64,000 nt of DNA from contig CM052816.1 of NCBI GenBank assembly GCA_028534125.1, positions 39,620,001 through 39,684,000 on the forward strand, given 5' to 3'. Shown one piece after another: positions 27,813 through 41,646 of this stretch. The translations under genes were made by a program, and so were the position numbers. The stretch comes from Lama glama (lineage: Eukaryota). Positions within the stretch are counted from its first letter, which is position 1. Every line of letters starts with the position of its first letter. A model generated the notes under the pieces. The model ran no database searches. It was not told the origin of the DNA and saw only the letters and a program-made list of their open reading frames with translations.

Positions 27813-28479
27813 TAGCTCTCTATTGTATCTGTGGTCTTCCCCTCCTTACCAAAAAACTTGACAAGAAAAAGCTAACTTAATTGAGGTTGCCTTACTACAT
27901 AAAAGGAGATTTTTATTCATAATTATATTATTATTATTCAAGGAACTTAAATATGTATAGGGCTATCTATTTTAATGTATACAATTTCAGAAATAAAATA
28001 ATACATAGAATGGTGGTAATAATTTTTAAAATATTTTTTCATTAATTTGTTTTGCTCATCTCACGGTAATTTAGTTCTAATATGGATAGAATAATGAAAG
28101 CACCAAGAGGATAAATGAGTGACCCTTATCAGATAATTGTCACAGGGTCAAGACTAGCACATACTTTGCTCTCCTAATTTTAGTTTGCACTCTAGGCCTT
28201 TACCAACGTTATGGGGAATAATAAATCATTCTATGTTTTAATTACCACATTCATGCTTTTTTGAACTAGTAAGGAAGTGTGTGTGTGTGTGTGTGTGTGC
28301 TGTTTTGTTTTGTTTGTGTTTTTACTCCTGTCTTCCTCTAGGCGACAGGTCTAAGTATTTCAGGATATACCATAACTTAGTACATCCTAAAATTTCATTC
28401 TAAGTAAAGACCTGGGTTTATGAATGAGGTCAAGTTTAGGCCAAGTTGATGTCTTTTGAATCTGCTGCCTCCTTTGCTA

Positions 28480-29100
28480 TCAGAACAAATTTCCTACTTG
28501 AAAACTTTAACATCTTTCACATGGGTTATCACAAGGACTTCCTAACTGCTCTCCTGGCCTTCTTTATTCTACTGAGGAGACTTAGTTTTAAGCAGCTTTT
28601 AAAAATGTCTGTCTGAGTATATCACTCCTCTGTACAGTATCTTTCTTCTTATCTCTTCCAGGATCTCCATGATCTGGCCCTCTCCTGCTTCTGCCTTCTC
28701 AAACCACACTGCCTGCATCTCCGCACCTCACTATCTTTCTGACATTCTAAATCTCTGGCAGTCCCCTAATGGGTTTAGACACTTCATAACTTCTACATTT
28801 GTTTACTCCTGGGCCTAGAACACTTCATCTGCTTGATGATCTTTCGAATATTCTCTGAAGCCCAGTTTAAGGATCTCCTGCCCAGGTAGCTACACCTCCT
28901 ATGAGCCATCCTTGCAAACATGTACCTCCAGATTCAGCTTGCTTACTGTGATGTATTACAATAAGCTCCACATGCTTGCTGTCTAAACACTCATCTGAAT
29001 TTCCTTGAGGATAATGAATGGACTATTTTTGTGTCATGAGTCTACAGCCATGCAACCTGACACACAGTAGTTGCTTTATCAATGGTAAATAAACGAACGT
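28480..29100 (+). mobile_element. L2 3' fragment, highly diverged
   Basis: cttcctaactgctctcctgg...cctgacacacagtagttgct...aaataaacgaa resembles the L2 3' end. Confidence 0.5.
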
Positions 29101-29169
29101 TGCTGGAACAGCATTTAAATCTGTGAGTCAAAATCTGTTGTACTCCTAGATGAGAACAAGCTTACTCAC

Positions 29170-29224
29170 AGCAATCACATTTTTAGAAGAAGTCACATTT
29201 ACTTTGAACCTGACTATAGGTAAC
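29170..29224 (-). pseudogene. Exon remnant (55 nt, phase 2>0, open) LPIVRFKVNVTSSKNVIA
   Basis: gttttaattcag| and gct|gtgagt. Confidence 0.55.
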
Positions 29225-29383
29225 CTGAATTAAAACTTATTTTTAACTGACAGGATTCAGAGAGTGCAAATACAATTCCAAAAAAGCTCTCAATGAATAT
29301 TCACATGAGAACTCTGATTTCAAAACACAACAAAGAGGAGGTTTAACAATATAATCTCAGTATACTAAAATTTGATAACTTAC

Positions 29384-29464
29384 ACATTATACTGTCAAAG
29401 TGGTGTTTATGATCTTGGGCTTCTGTTCAAATTTAGTTTCATGTTTTGTGGCAAAAATATTCAT
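29384..29464 (-). pseudogene. Candidate exon remnant (81 nt), frame ambiguous
   Basis: gttattatag| and tgt|gtaagt, 159-nt intron to the next exon. Its length does not bridge the neighbouring phases without an indel. Confidence 0.35.
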
Positions 29465-29716
29465 CTATAATAACAGCTGTGCTCCTCAAATGTAACTACT
29501 ATTTGTATTTTGATCCTGGCACTAACATCTGTATGAAGTAGAGAATTTATAAAACATATTTGAATTAGTCTATTCAAATAAACAGTGTATATGGCCTATG
29601 TGTGTGGCTCATGAAGTGGGAGGATTTACTTGTCTGTGATGTCAGATGTGCATTAATGCTGTTTTGTTCTTGGGCAAATTGAATTCTATCTCTAACGCAG
29701 TTTTAGTGTTATAGTC

Positions 29717-30171
29717 TTTTTTTTTTCAAGTTTCATTAAGGATTTTATTTTTAACAAAATATGCCAGTTCAAGAAAAAAGGTTCTCATATTTAGATAGCC
29801 TTAATAAATATTTTATTAAAATAGCATGATGGGTACTGATTCTTTTTTTTTCTTTTTCTTTTTTTTTTAACATTTTTATTGATTTATAATCATTTTACAC
29901 TGTTGTGTCAAATTCCAGTGTTCAGCACAATCTTTCAGTCATTCATGGACATATACACACTCATTCTCACATTTTTTTTCTCTGTGATTTATCATAACAT
30001 TTTGTGTATATTTCCCTGTGCTATACAGTGTAATCTTGTTTATCTATTCTACAATTTTGAAATCCCTTCTATCCCTTCCCACCCTCTACCCCCCTGGTAA
30101 CCACAAGTCTGTATTCTCTGTCCATGAGTTTATTTCTGTCCTGTATTTATGCTTTGTTTTTGTTTGTTTGT
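29717..30171 (-). mobile_element. 5'-truncated L1 with 3' transduction
   Basis: 18-bp TSD ttttagtgttatagtctt at 29701-29718 and 30172-30189; two poly(T) tracts with unique sequence between them. Confidence 0.85.
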
Positions 30172-30201
30172 TTTTAGTGTTATAGTCTTAAGTGTTAAGT
30201 T

Positions 30202-30445
30202 TTTTTTTAACATTTTTTATTGAGTTATAGTCAGTTTACAATGTTGTGTCAATTTCCAGTGTAGAGCACAATTTTTCAGTTATACATGAACATACATATA
30301 TATTCATTGTCACATTTTTTTCACTGTGAGCTACCACAAGATCTTGTATATATTTCCCTGTGCTATATGATATAGTCTTGTTTATCTATTCTACATATGC
30401 CTGTCAGTACTACAAATTTTTTTTGTCATTCCTTCTTTAAAACCT
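30202..30445 (-). mobile_element. Second 5'-truncated L1 3' end
   Basis: 14-bp TSD ttaagtgttaagtt at 30188-30201 and 30446-30459. Confidence 0.85.
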
Positions 30446-30646
30446 TTAAGTGTTAAGTTATACAAAAGTTTCACAGTAATTTTAGTGTCCATGGTTTAAT
30501 TAGCGTCTTTGATATTTATTTCAGTGTTTGTTTCAGCACCAACTATGTTAGAAAACAAGGTAGACGGTTCTTCAGATTTCCTGGGTGAAGCTTTTGTAGC
30601 TAACTTTCCTCAAGAGGAGTAGGAACTGAATGCTCATTATGATAGG

Positions 30647-30740
30647 TTTTTTTTTTTTTTTAATGGAAGTTCAGGGGAATGAACCCAGGACCGTGTGCAT
30701 GCTAAGCTTACGCCCTACCACTGAGCTATTTCCCTCCCCC
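30647..30740 (-). mobile_element. tRNA-derived SINE (camelid Vic-1-like)
   Basis: Minus strand reads gggggagggaaatagctcagtggtagggcg...gtcctgggttcattcccc then poly(A); A and B boxes present. Confidence 0.85.
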
Positions 30741-31125
30741 GTGACAGTTTTTATCATGTACACTTCTCACTGTTACTCGCATGACTATTTGAAAGCATAA
30801 GCGTAAGAGTAAAGTCAGGAGAAGGGCTTCCTCAGTGTGTTTTCTTCTGTCTGTCTCTTTTTAATAAGAGTGCAGGGCTTATCTTCCTCTTTTCTTATGT
30901 CATTAAATCCTATGAGATTTTAAAGTAGTGCTCTCCTATGTCCACAGATAAAGGGATGTAAAGTTTGAAGCTGATAATTTGTGAACAGACTTATTAGGAA
31001 AGGTAATATCTGCTGCTGATATTGCCCCTTGTGTGTGTGTTCTCTTGCTTTAAAAAGCCAAGATCTAAGCTGTGACAACAGAAATGCCTGAACGTTGAAA
31101 TGAAAAGTCACCTCTAAATACTTAC

Positions 31126-31286
31126 AGTCATGTAGAGACACAAAATTATCACTGAAAAACAATTTTACAGCTATTCCAATGACATCAACTGGTGATTCTA
31201 TCCTTAAAACAACAGCACTTAATGTGCCACCATACAGACTTACAGACAAGACTGCCTTTTCTGTATTCAGTGCATCTGCTCTGTTT
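31126..31286 (-). pseudogene. Exon remnant (161 nt, phase 2>1, fully open) NRADALNTEKAVLSVSLYGGTLSAVVLRIESPVDVIGIAVKLFFSDNFVSLHD
   Basis: tttattttattttcag| acceptor, gact|gtaagt donor, 53 open codons (overlaps ORF 30920-31249). Confidence 0.7.
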
Positions 31287-31488
31287 CTGAAAATAAAATA
31301 AATAAGACACGCACTTCCTCCAAAAGAAGACAGGACCAGCCACTCTGTACTTCAGCTGTATGTTTCCTAACCTCAGGAGCATCTGCCCCTGACAGCAGGT
31401 GTTTGGCAGTTTCCTGGGGCTTAGGAGGGAGTCGGCTGCAGAAGAAGGATGGCCGCATTGTGTCAGGGCCAGTGGGTTCCACACTCAC

Positions 31489-31537
31489 CCTGGAAATCAC
31501 CTAGCAGAGCTCATCATGTGGCAAATGATGCATGGAA
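31489..31537 (-). pseudogene. Exon remnant (49 nt, phase 1>2, 1 stop)
   Basis: Strong sites gtttttcctctag| and agg|gtgagt; 202-nt intron to a phase-2 exon. Confidence 0.5.
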
Positions 31538-33435
31538 CTAGAGGAAAAACATCTCCCATACAGCAAGCCTTCTGTTCTCTCAAATCACGTACATTAATAT
31601 GTGCCGATAGCTGCATAGTGGTGTTGTCCTTTATTCTTATTTCAGAGCATTAGATTAAGCTTCAGAAGGGATAGTTGCATTATCTCTATAAAGATGAGAA
31701 AATCTATTTGAAAGGATGTTCAAATAAATTGGGAAAGACGAAAAGACATACAAGGAAGCTAGATAGAAGAGATAGTCTGATCACCCCAAAGGTTATCATG
31801 CTGAGAAAATGAGACCTGATTTTCTTGTTTTGTTTTGTGTTCTCCATCTCCATGACCATGGGTCCTTAAAAATACTCTTTTGCCCTTGCAGTGTGATGTC
31901 TAATCCTCAGCTTGACATGAATTGCTTTAGCTATTTCTTATTGTTCAGAATTTATAAACTTCAGCATCTTTTTTATTGAAAAATGCTTTTTAAAATTAAT
32001 TAAAATTGTCTTAAGAGTTCAACATACTGTTGAAAAGAGAAATTAGTTCTTTGTATAGCAAAGAACTGGGAAAAGAGAGGCACTCCATCCTAAGACTGAG
32101 TAGGCTAAGCAAATATTAGAATTTAATTATATATTGACTATCTCTTTCCTTTGAGATTGTTCATTATTCTTCTTATTTAAAAAAACTTAAAGTCATTAAT
32201 TAAGCAAGCACAGTCAACATGGTCTTCTACTACTTATTTTTAGGGATTTCAGACTGTTAAAAACCAGACATATAGGTCTAAAAGATGTATGCATATAAAA
32301 ATATATAATGCAATTTCATAAATTTTTGAAGGGGTGGTGTTAAAAAAAAGTCCAGAGATTAATAAAGATGAGGATCAATTTTCAAAAATACAATGTGCAA
32401 AATATTGGTAGTGCTGGTCCGGGAGAAGAGATTGAATGAATTAAAAAAATTTACGAGTTTTCATAGAAGTAACAATGATCCATCAAGTTCCCAGCAAATG
32501 TTCAATGTTGCTAACCTTCACTGCCTGGGACCTATTGAGTCATAACAGCCTCAGCAGCAGTGGCAGCAGCAACAAGCAGCATATATCGCATGCTTCCTAT
32601 CCACCAAGCCCTCTCCTAAATATGCTGTATGGCTTTGCACACTAACATGTAGCGGGGTGAAATCCAAATGGATGCTGACTGACTTTAAAGCCTATGTCCT
32701 AATCCCTAAATTGCCTTGGAGACATTAAGTAAAATATAAATCTTGGAGCTTCCTTTGGCGGAGAACATCTCAAAGTACACAACAGTAAATGAGTAGGTAC
32801 AGGTTTTTTGACAGATTATGCAGTTGGATAAAGGGAAGAAGGAAGTCAGTGAACACTGGGCTAATGAGGAGAAGCTCTTTGGTGGATGTTTTGAGCTGAA
32901 GAGTGGGTAGCACCTACATCTTGGTGTTAAAGGTAGGGGGTGGTGGAGAAAGAAAATTCCAATTTAGAAAAATACATGAAACAAAGCACAGAACATAATG
33001 TATTCATGAGACTGAATGTGATTAAAGAGTATGAACTGGCAAAATTCAATTCAATTCAAAATTGAGTTTTTGAGTCCCCCCAACACTCTCCATAGCCCAA
33101 CCCAACATGATGCTGTGGCAGAAATCACTGAGCTGTGAAGTAAAGTGCCAGCTGAAACAAAAGATGAGAAGAGTAGCTATCCAGAGCTTATTCTCGAGAA
33201 TGACTCATTCAGCTCTAAGATTTGTTTTCCTCAGTCTAAAATGATTAGCTACAGGGCTTGAATAGCTATGTACATTCAAAGAATGAAAATGGCTTTGTAT
33301 CTGGGAAATAAAGGCAAAATGAAGTGGGCACTAGGACAAAGATGTGGGCATTTTCAATAATAATTTTTTCTTGATGCAAAATGTTTTTCCTGGACTGACC
33401 ACTCCAAACACAGAGCAATACACTGTCCTTTTCAC

Positions 33436-33533
33436 CTGCTTCTTCAGAGGTGGAGAGGGAGATACTGGACAGTCTAGTGGAAAAGAAGACCAATTCAGTG
33501 AAGAACAGGTTGAGATTAAAATTCCAGGTTCAT
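33436..33533 (-). pseudogene. Exon remnant (98 nt) (D)EPGILISTCSSLNWSSF...; probably carries a 1-nt indel
   Basis: ttcttcaatgtctaacag| acceptor, cag|gtgaaa donor. Opens in phase 1 but needs a frameshift to join the 31537 exon. Confidence 0.45.
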
Positions 33534-36500
33534 CTGTTAGACATTGAAGAACTCATTTATCTTATCACAGAAATTTAAAAAATAAATTCACCTCTACTAT
33601 TTTTAATTTCATGAAATAATTTTTTAAAGTTATTTTTAAGCTTATGAAGTCAGAACAGATAAAAAGATTACCTAGATGGTTTCAGCCTAAACAACATGTC
33701 CTAGATTAGTGGAGTATATATGAATGATTTAAAAAAAGTATGAGTGTAGACATAGGGCTGACAAGCTTTAATTTTTTTCCCAGAAAGAGTACATAATAAA
33801 AGAAAATTACTGCCACTCTCTCTTTCCATACTTTTAAAAAGCACAATAGATATTTTAAATATAAAGTACATAATCTTACAATAGAGTTTTCACTTGAAGA
33901 AATTTAAGTTGAATAGATTTGCTACATTTTTCTTATTTTTGTTATTTCCTGGAAAAGCAAAAATGTTACCAATGACTGACCCTGGTCTGTGGATGGAACT
34001 AGGGACACCAACCTAATTCCACCTGGGATGTAGGAGGCCCATGTCAGCTGGTGACTTATTATTGATGGTAACATTGACAATAATTTATCAACACCCATCT
34101 ACTGGGTACTTTACAGAGATGAGAAAACTAATGTCACATGATTTAGTATGTTTCCATCTGAAGCTAATATGTCTGTAATTCGTGTTCCACATAAAGGGTA
34201 TTTTTTTAAAAAGTGAGGAGCTTCATTTTTATGGTAGCTGTTTAATATCTGAAAATAGTCAATTGAAAAATAAAGCAAAGTGAAGCACCATATTTATTTC
34301 TTTCGTATCATTTTTAAGAACATGTAATATAATTATTTTTGAATGATTCTGCATAGCCTGGGAGTCACGAAACATTAACTTTTAAATAAGACAGGGCTGT
34401 TATACATTAAAATCCTCAATTGTGCAAAGTACCAATATAATTTTGGTTATAATATTTCAAAATCTAGATTTCATAATATCTAAAAATTACACTATTAGTG
34501 CAACAAAGATGTACATTTTATTTAAAATCTAAAATTAGACTATAGAATTATTTGATAGCAGATAGAAAAAACCTGATATGTGTCTTCACCTTTTTTCCTA
34601 CCAAGATAATATTAATTTAATCTACATTTTAAATTGTTCAGAGACATTTTCCTGTACTATTTTCACTAGATTGACGCAATCTGTGTAGGAATATGAGGAA
34701 ATGCTCTCATTTTTAAACTATGGAGTTATAAATATCAGGTAAGGATTTTGTCTCCCTAAATTTTAGTACACTTTTTTTCCCTATGCTAGTTTAAAACAAT
34801 AGATGATTCCTTAGATATTTGTCAAATTAGATGGGGCATTATCTTACTCTAGCAAAGCGCCAAATACATTGGGAAAGCTGCATATATATTTGTGGAATAA
34901 ATAAACTTAGCTCCTACTCAAAACTTAATGAAACAGGAAAATACTAAAAACGAAGGGGCTGTATTACTTGGTACTTCCTATAAAAATGTTTGTGATGAGA
35001 AAAAATGAGACATTTAAACATGGAAAAAATAATCACAAGGCATTTCAACAATGGCTGTTTATCACATTACTTAACTCATTATAATGTCTTTAGATAACAT
35101 ATTTCATCTATATTCCTTTTGACAGAATTCAAAACACAAAATCAATATAGACATGCTACTCTTAATATATAGTAAAACACAAGGAAGGAAACCTATAGAA
35201 TTCAGCAATGTTCACTGAGATATGTTTCTGTATTATCTAGGGATAAAAATGTCCTTTTCATCTATCTGGCTGTAGCAATTTGGTATCATCAAATATTATA
35301 TACATTTGTTTATACCTTATCTCTAAGAGGTATTTAGATTTATTTATCATAAATGATGCATGTAAACTGAGGATATTCAAATATATATAGACCTAGTAAA
35401 CCAAGCCCACAAAAAGGAGAAGGAATAAAATATACAAACGATAAAAGGGTAAATTATTCTGACCTACATTACCACAGGCTCTTCCCATCCCTCTTAACAG
35501 AATCTCCCTTAGAGACCACTTCTGCCTTATCAGGATAGAAGAACACACAAACTCTTCTAAGACAGATTACAAGTTCCTTTATACTAATTTCTGTGTGGGG
35601 CCTCATATAAGTAACAATGAGTGATGATACATCAAAGAGTATCATAAGATATTTTTATGTCAAATATAGTATATAATTATGTGCTATTTCTTATCATGTC
35701 CAATGATAAAAGTTTATGCCACAGTATTAGAATACAGCTTGGCATTCACTTCCAACTTTCCCTTATAATTAATTGTCCTATACTTTTTGAGAGGCAAGTG
35801 TTTCAACAGGTTTGCTATATGCTCACAGGAACTTGTAAATAAGAACAGTGATTATGTAATCAATTATGCTGTCTTTCTACTTCTGTCACTTGGGTATATG
35901 CAAGTGACTGACTGCAAGATAAAACCTGTTCACACTACTGATAACTTCTCAAAGGACAGAGAGCATATGCTTTAGATACTGGGTCTGTTTCAATGCTTGT
36001 CATTTCCAGGGTCTAGCTTTCATAGAATTTCCTTTGGAGCTTCTTGAATTGCAGCTGTTGCTTCTGTAACTGGACCTCCTGATCTTTTGGGATAATGAAC
36101 TGGTTCAGAGAGTAAAAGACTTCCCTCTGGGTTTATGCTGAAGCCCTCTATTCCACCAGTAATATGACTCCTTTATGTCTGCATAGTTTTAGCTTAACGT
36201 ATCCCTCTGATATCTTTCAATTTTAGCTTCCTTTACCTATGATCTTATAAATGTAGTGGTTTTTTTCAGATTCCCCCCAAATAATTTGGACTAGCCAAAT
36301 TAATTTGGATCAATTTATTTATACCAGACAATGCTCTCAATTGTTGGACAGCCTACGGTTTCCTCCCTCATTAGGAATCCAAGCCTCTTCAATTTAGGGG
36401 GCTTGACTATGGGAATGTGTTCTACTACTCACAGATTAAATAACCTAGTAACTAAGATGGGGAGGGTATTTTAAAGACATTTGGCTCTCAATGCCAATGA

Positions 36501-37074
36501 GATATTCTTTGATTTTTCTCTCTGAATCCTTTCTTTACTTCGTACAGCTACTCTTCTATACTTTTCTTACTGTATTTAACCTTCCATCTATCCAATTCTT
36601 CTATTTTTCGTATCTTTAGTTCATTCAAGTTACATCCCTTCATTTTAGAGATTTATATTTAGCCAATTCAAAATGAACAAGAAAGAATGGTTTATAATTC
36701 TGTTTCTATGATGAACGTGAGTTCTTGGAGGATGTAAATCTTGAACTGGGACTTGAGGAAATTGATGCACAAGAAATAATTGTTTGAACACATAAAAGAT
36801 GTCCAATAAAGAATGAGACCAAATATTTATAGGAAGTGAGAACAATTTGCATATGAATTAATTTAGAAATTAAATTAAAAATTAACAAAAAGTGCTAAGC
36901 TCTATTAGTCATTTGGAAAACTGTTATCAGAAACCTAGTTACATGAGGAGAGTTACTGACTTAAAAAGTGGAATGATTTAGATGAGGTAACTTATTGCAA
37001 GGTCAGATAAATAAAAATCTACAAATAAAATCAACTTTAGAATGTACACAGAACTCATGTCTATCATATACCAC

Positions 37075-39315
37075 TTTTAAAAAAGTTGAAGTATAGTAGA
37101 TTTACAATATGTATTAGTTTCAGTTATACAGCATAGTGATTCAGTATTTTTATAGATTTTATTTTATTTATTTTGGGACGGGGAGGGAGGCAACTAGGTT
37201 TATTTTTATTTATTTATTCAATAGAGGTACGGGGGATCAAACCCAAGACCTCATGCATGCTAAGCATACACTTTACCACTGAGCTACACCCTCCCGCTTT
37301 TTATACATTTTACTCCATTAAAAGTTATTATAAAATAGTGGGTATAATTCCCTGTGCTGTAAAATATATCTCTGTTGTTGACCTATTTTATACAAAGCAG
37401 TTTGTATCTTTTAATCCCATATCTTGCCCTCCTCCCTTCCCTCTTCCCACTGGTAACCACTAGTTTTTCTATATCTGTGAGTCTGTTTCTGTTTTGCTAA
37501 GTACATTTTGTTTTATTTTTTACATTTCACATATAAGTGAAATCATACAGTATTTGTCTGTCTGACTTACTTCACTAAGCATAATATTCTCTAGGTTCAC
37601 TCACATTGCTGCAAATTGCAGAATTACATTGTTAATGGCTGAACAGTATTTCAGTGTGTGTGTGTGTGTGTGTGTGTATCTTTTTTATCTGTTCGTCTGT
37701 TGATGAACATTTGGGTTGCTTCCATATCTTAGCAACTGTAAATAATGCTGCTATCAACACTGGGATGCATGTATCTTTTCAAATTAGTGTTTTCATTTTT
37801 TCCAGTTATATAACCAGGAATGGAATTGCTGGGCCATATGGTAGATCTATCTTTAGTTTTTTGAGGAACCTCCACACTGTCTTCCATAGTGGCTGCACTA
37901 ATTTACATTCCTACAAACAGTGTACAAGGGTTCCCTTTTCTCCACATCCTTGCCAATATTTTTTATTTGTAGACTTTTTGATGACAGCCATTCTGACAGA
38001 TGTGAAGTGATATCTTACTGTGGTTTTGATTTGCATTTCTCTAATGATTAGTGGTGTTGAGCATCTTTTCATGTGCCTGTCAGCCATTTGTATGTCTTCT
38101 TTGAAAAAAAATCTCCATTCAGGTCTTCTGCCCATTTTTTGATTTTTTTTTGATACTGAGTTGTATAAGCTGTTTATGTATTTTGAACATTAACCCCTTG
38201 CCAGTCATATCATTTGCAAATATTTTCTCCCATTCCATAGGTTGTCTTTTTCATTTTGTTTACCGTTTCCTTTGTTGTGCAAAAGCTTTTAAGTTTAATT
38301 AGGTTCCCCTTGTTTATTTTTGTTCTTACTGCTTTTGCCTTAGGAAGCAGATCCTAATAAATTTTGCCACAATTTATGTCAAAGAGTGTTCTGCCTATGT
38401 TTTCATCCAGGAGTTTTGTGGTTTTAGGTCTTATACAGGTATTTAATGCATTTTGAGTTTATTTTGTATATAGTGTGAGGAAATGTTCTAATCTCATTCT
38501 TTTACACATAGCTGTCCTTCCCAGCACCAATTATTGAACAGACTGTCTTTCTGTCTTTTCTCCATTGTAAATTCTTGCCTCCTCTGGCCTATATTAATTG
38601 ACCATAAGTGCATGGGTTTATTTCTGGCTGTCTATCCTATTCCACTGATCTATGTGTCTGTTTTTGTGCCAGTACCATACTGTATTAATTACTGTAGCTT
38701 TATAGCACAGTTTGAAGTCAGGGAGCATAACACCTCTAGCTTTGTTCTTCTTTATTACGACTGCTTTGGCAATTTGGAGTCTTTGGTGGTTTCATATGAA
38801 TTTTAGGTTATTTTCTCTAGGTCTATGAAAAATATCAAGGGTATTTTGATAGTGATTACATTAAATCTGTAGATTGTTTTGGGTAGAATAGCCATTTTAA
38901 CAATATTAATTCTTCCAACCCAAAATCATGGGGTATCTTTTTATTTATTCACATCCTACTCAATTTCCTTCATCAATGTTTCGTAGTTTTCATAGTATAG
39001 GTCTTTCACCTCCACGGTTAAGTTTATTCCTAGGTATTTTATTCTTTTTGATGTAACTTTAAATGGGATTTTTTTTTTTGCTTTCTCTTCTGATAATTTA
39101 TTGTTAGTGTACAGAAAAGCAACAGATTCCTGTATATTAATCTTGCATCCTGCAAGTTTACTAAATTCACTTATTAGTTCTAATTGTTTTTTGGTGGAGA
39201 CTAGTGTTTTTTACATATAGTATTATGCCATCTGAAAGTAGTTACAGTTTTACTTTTCCTCTTCCAATTTGGATGCCTTTTATTTCTCTTTCTTGTCTGA
39301 TTGCTGTGACTAGGA
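37075..39315 (-). mobile_element. L1 3' ~2.2 kb fragment (ORF2 C-terminus and 3' UTR)
   Basis: ORF 37911-38135 [32 protein letters not shown]...[10 protein letters not shown] is L1 ORF2p C-terminal sequence. Confidence 0.95.
37161..37297 (-). mobile_element. Vic-1-like SINE nested in the L1 3' UTR
   Basis: gggagggtgtagctcagtggtaaagtgtatgcttagcatgcatgaggtcttgggtttgatcccc; near-TSD ttttatagatttt / ttttatacatttt. Confidence 0.85.
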
Positions 39316-41646
39316 TATCATATACCACCTTGATAACATAATATGAATTGTGAATCAGCTAGTAGTAGTATATTTTTGTCAAAGTGCAAAGCAAAGTACA
39401 GCAATGGAATTGATTTATCCAGATGATATGAATAATATATTCTCTGTGTTTATACTTTTACTTGAAATCCCATTATTTAGGGCTATTACAGCTGCAAATA
39501 ATAAAATACTTATTTAAATCACAGTTTTAAATTGGAATTTGGGGACTTATGCAACTCCAGAGTTCATAGTGATGGATTTTGCTAGTTTCAGTCAGTTTGG
39601 ATTCAGGATCTCGAATTACAGCATCAGAACATTATTGCTTTCGATTTTGTATCTCTGCTCTTCTTTTTGTCTCCTTCTTGTCAAGGTACCTTACCCCAAG
39701 AAAAGTCTGATATTGTCATCAAAAACGTTATTTTAACATTCTGTTGTCTAACAATCCTACAGAAAGTACATGCTTTGTTTTGAATAATGTCAGGAAAATT
39801 CTTGAGACTGACTCTCTTTGGGCTGACTTGGGTCACAGCCCATCACTAAAATAATTGCTTCAGCCCATGGAGTGGAAGGTACTGATTTCTGTTTCCACTA
39901 CTGAGTGGGGAAGGTACCGAGGGTTGGAAGGTGTCAGCACTGCCCCTGCAAATGAACTGAGGATGGGGGAGGGATGATTTCCTCTCCCGCCAAAGGCATA
40001 ATTCATACTATCAACCAGTGAAAATGTGGGCAACCCCCCAAAATAAATGACCAATTCAGAGATTAATCTATCTAATCTATCCACTAGCGATTAAGTGATA
40101 AAACCTAGATCAAGAGATTTGACCAAGGTCATTAGATGGCTTAGTGGAACTAATGATAGATCCCAGATGTTCTGACCTGTAGTCAGCTGCCAATCTGTTT
40201 AGCTCCTGCAATGCAGTCTGTGATGCCACTGGGATCAGGGGGCTTGAGTCCTCGGCATACTCAGTGACTGTTCTCCTTTAAGACGCATAGTGTTCCATCT
40301 CTGGTCAAACTTTGAAATTGCACAGATTTAAACACATTAAAATAACAGAGAAAGTGAGTGAGAGGAACTACAAATATAGAAAAACAGCAGAATGCACTAA
40401 ATAATATTCTTAATCCTACTGTCCCCTTTCGGGCATCCTGAAACTGTCTGGCTACCAAGTGAAGCTAGAGCTCTATTGTTCAGACGGTACAGTTGACTTC
40501 TCCCCAGGAAGCCACACCTTTGACCCTCTAGAATAGCCCAGACAGCCAATAATATTTGTTCTTGGACAATATCTATAAGAAATAAAATTGAATGATTACT
40601 ATCTTCTTTTATTTTATGTTCATATTTTCTAGGGATTTTAAAACTTTTTAATAGTCATATTGCGTCCTTTATTTTTCCTTAGTGCTACTATATAAAATGA
40701 TACTTAGGAAAGTATTTTTGTTAATATATATTTTACAAGACACCTGTACTAAACAGTATATAAATAGCTGTCATACAACATGTAGTAGTTGTTATACCAA
40801 AGTCCACAGATTGTTACACACTGATGATTATTTTGTGAAAAAAAAAAAAAGCTGATAAGATTATATGGATTTCACTGGTCATCACAGAGGTTAGTCAGTA
40901 TTTCTTATTACTTTATGACAGGTGAGATTACATGCAGAAAACTGTAGCTATCATACAGAAATTTAAATCACATTGCAATTAAGTATTGCAGTCACTCTCA
41001 CTGGGTGAAGTGAAATGCAGGTTTAATAGTTTCTAAACCCTTCTCTTTGTTTCTTCTACAGTTTCTTAGCAACAAGAGAGCAGACTATTCTATTCTATTT
41101 AATTCACAAACCTTTTTGTTCAGAGAGAGATCCTGATTGATGACACCTTCCGCTGTCCTTTCTCCCCCAAAGCCATCACCGTTTCCATGGCTCTGAGCTT
41201 GTGAAACACAGATGATTCTGCTGTCTTCATTCTTCCCTTCTTATACTTGCGAACATCATTGTTGTCAGCAGAATTTGATAAGAGATTCCAAATGATTGCT
41301 TATTCAGCAAACTTTCTAGAGTTCTTGAAGGCTCACTGTTTTTGTTATTCTAAATATAGGCTCAGTTTGCTGCTCTTTATGACAAACTCTATCGGTAAAC
41401 TCCTAAAAAACCCTTGTGTTTGCACATGATCTAGTTTGGGATGGAACCACTGAGCAGCATCCACACTCTAAATGATACATCCCTGAGTTTTACAACATGA
41501 ACACATTGTGATGTTGGACTCCCATATGCTAGCTCTATCAGGTGTTAGAAAAGAGAATTTTAGTTTTCATGGTTCAGTATTTGTTTTAAACATTAACTGT
41601 CCTTTGCTTTTATTTTATCTCTCCTGACTCTGATGTCTGTCCAAAC

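Noticed and set aside
30647..30740. tRNA gene (also 37161-37297)
   Set aside because: A/B boxes are present, but with A-rich tails and TSD-like flanks these are tRNA-derived SINEs.
35970..36240. Additional minus-strand exon
   Set aside because: Short open frames but no convincing acceptor/donor pair or phase fit.
36645..36888. Overlapping ORFs as an exon
   Set aside because: The core ttggaggatgtaaatcttgaactgggacttga looks like an L2 fragment, and there is no valid acceptor.
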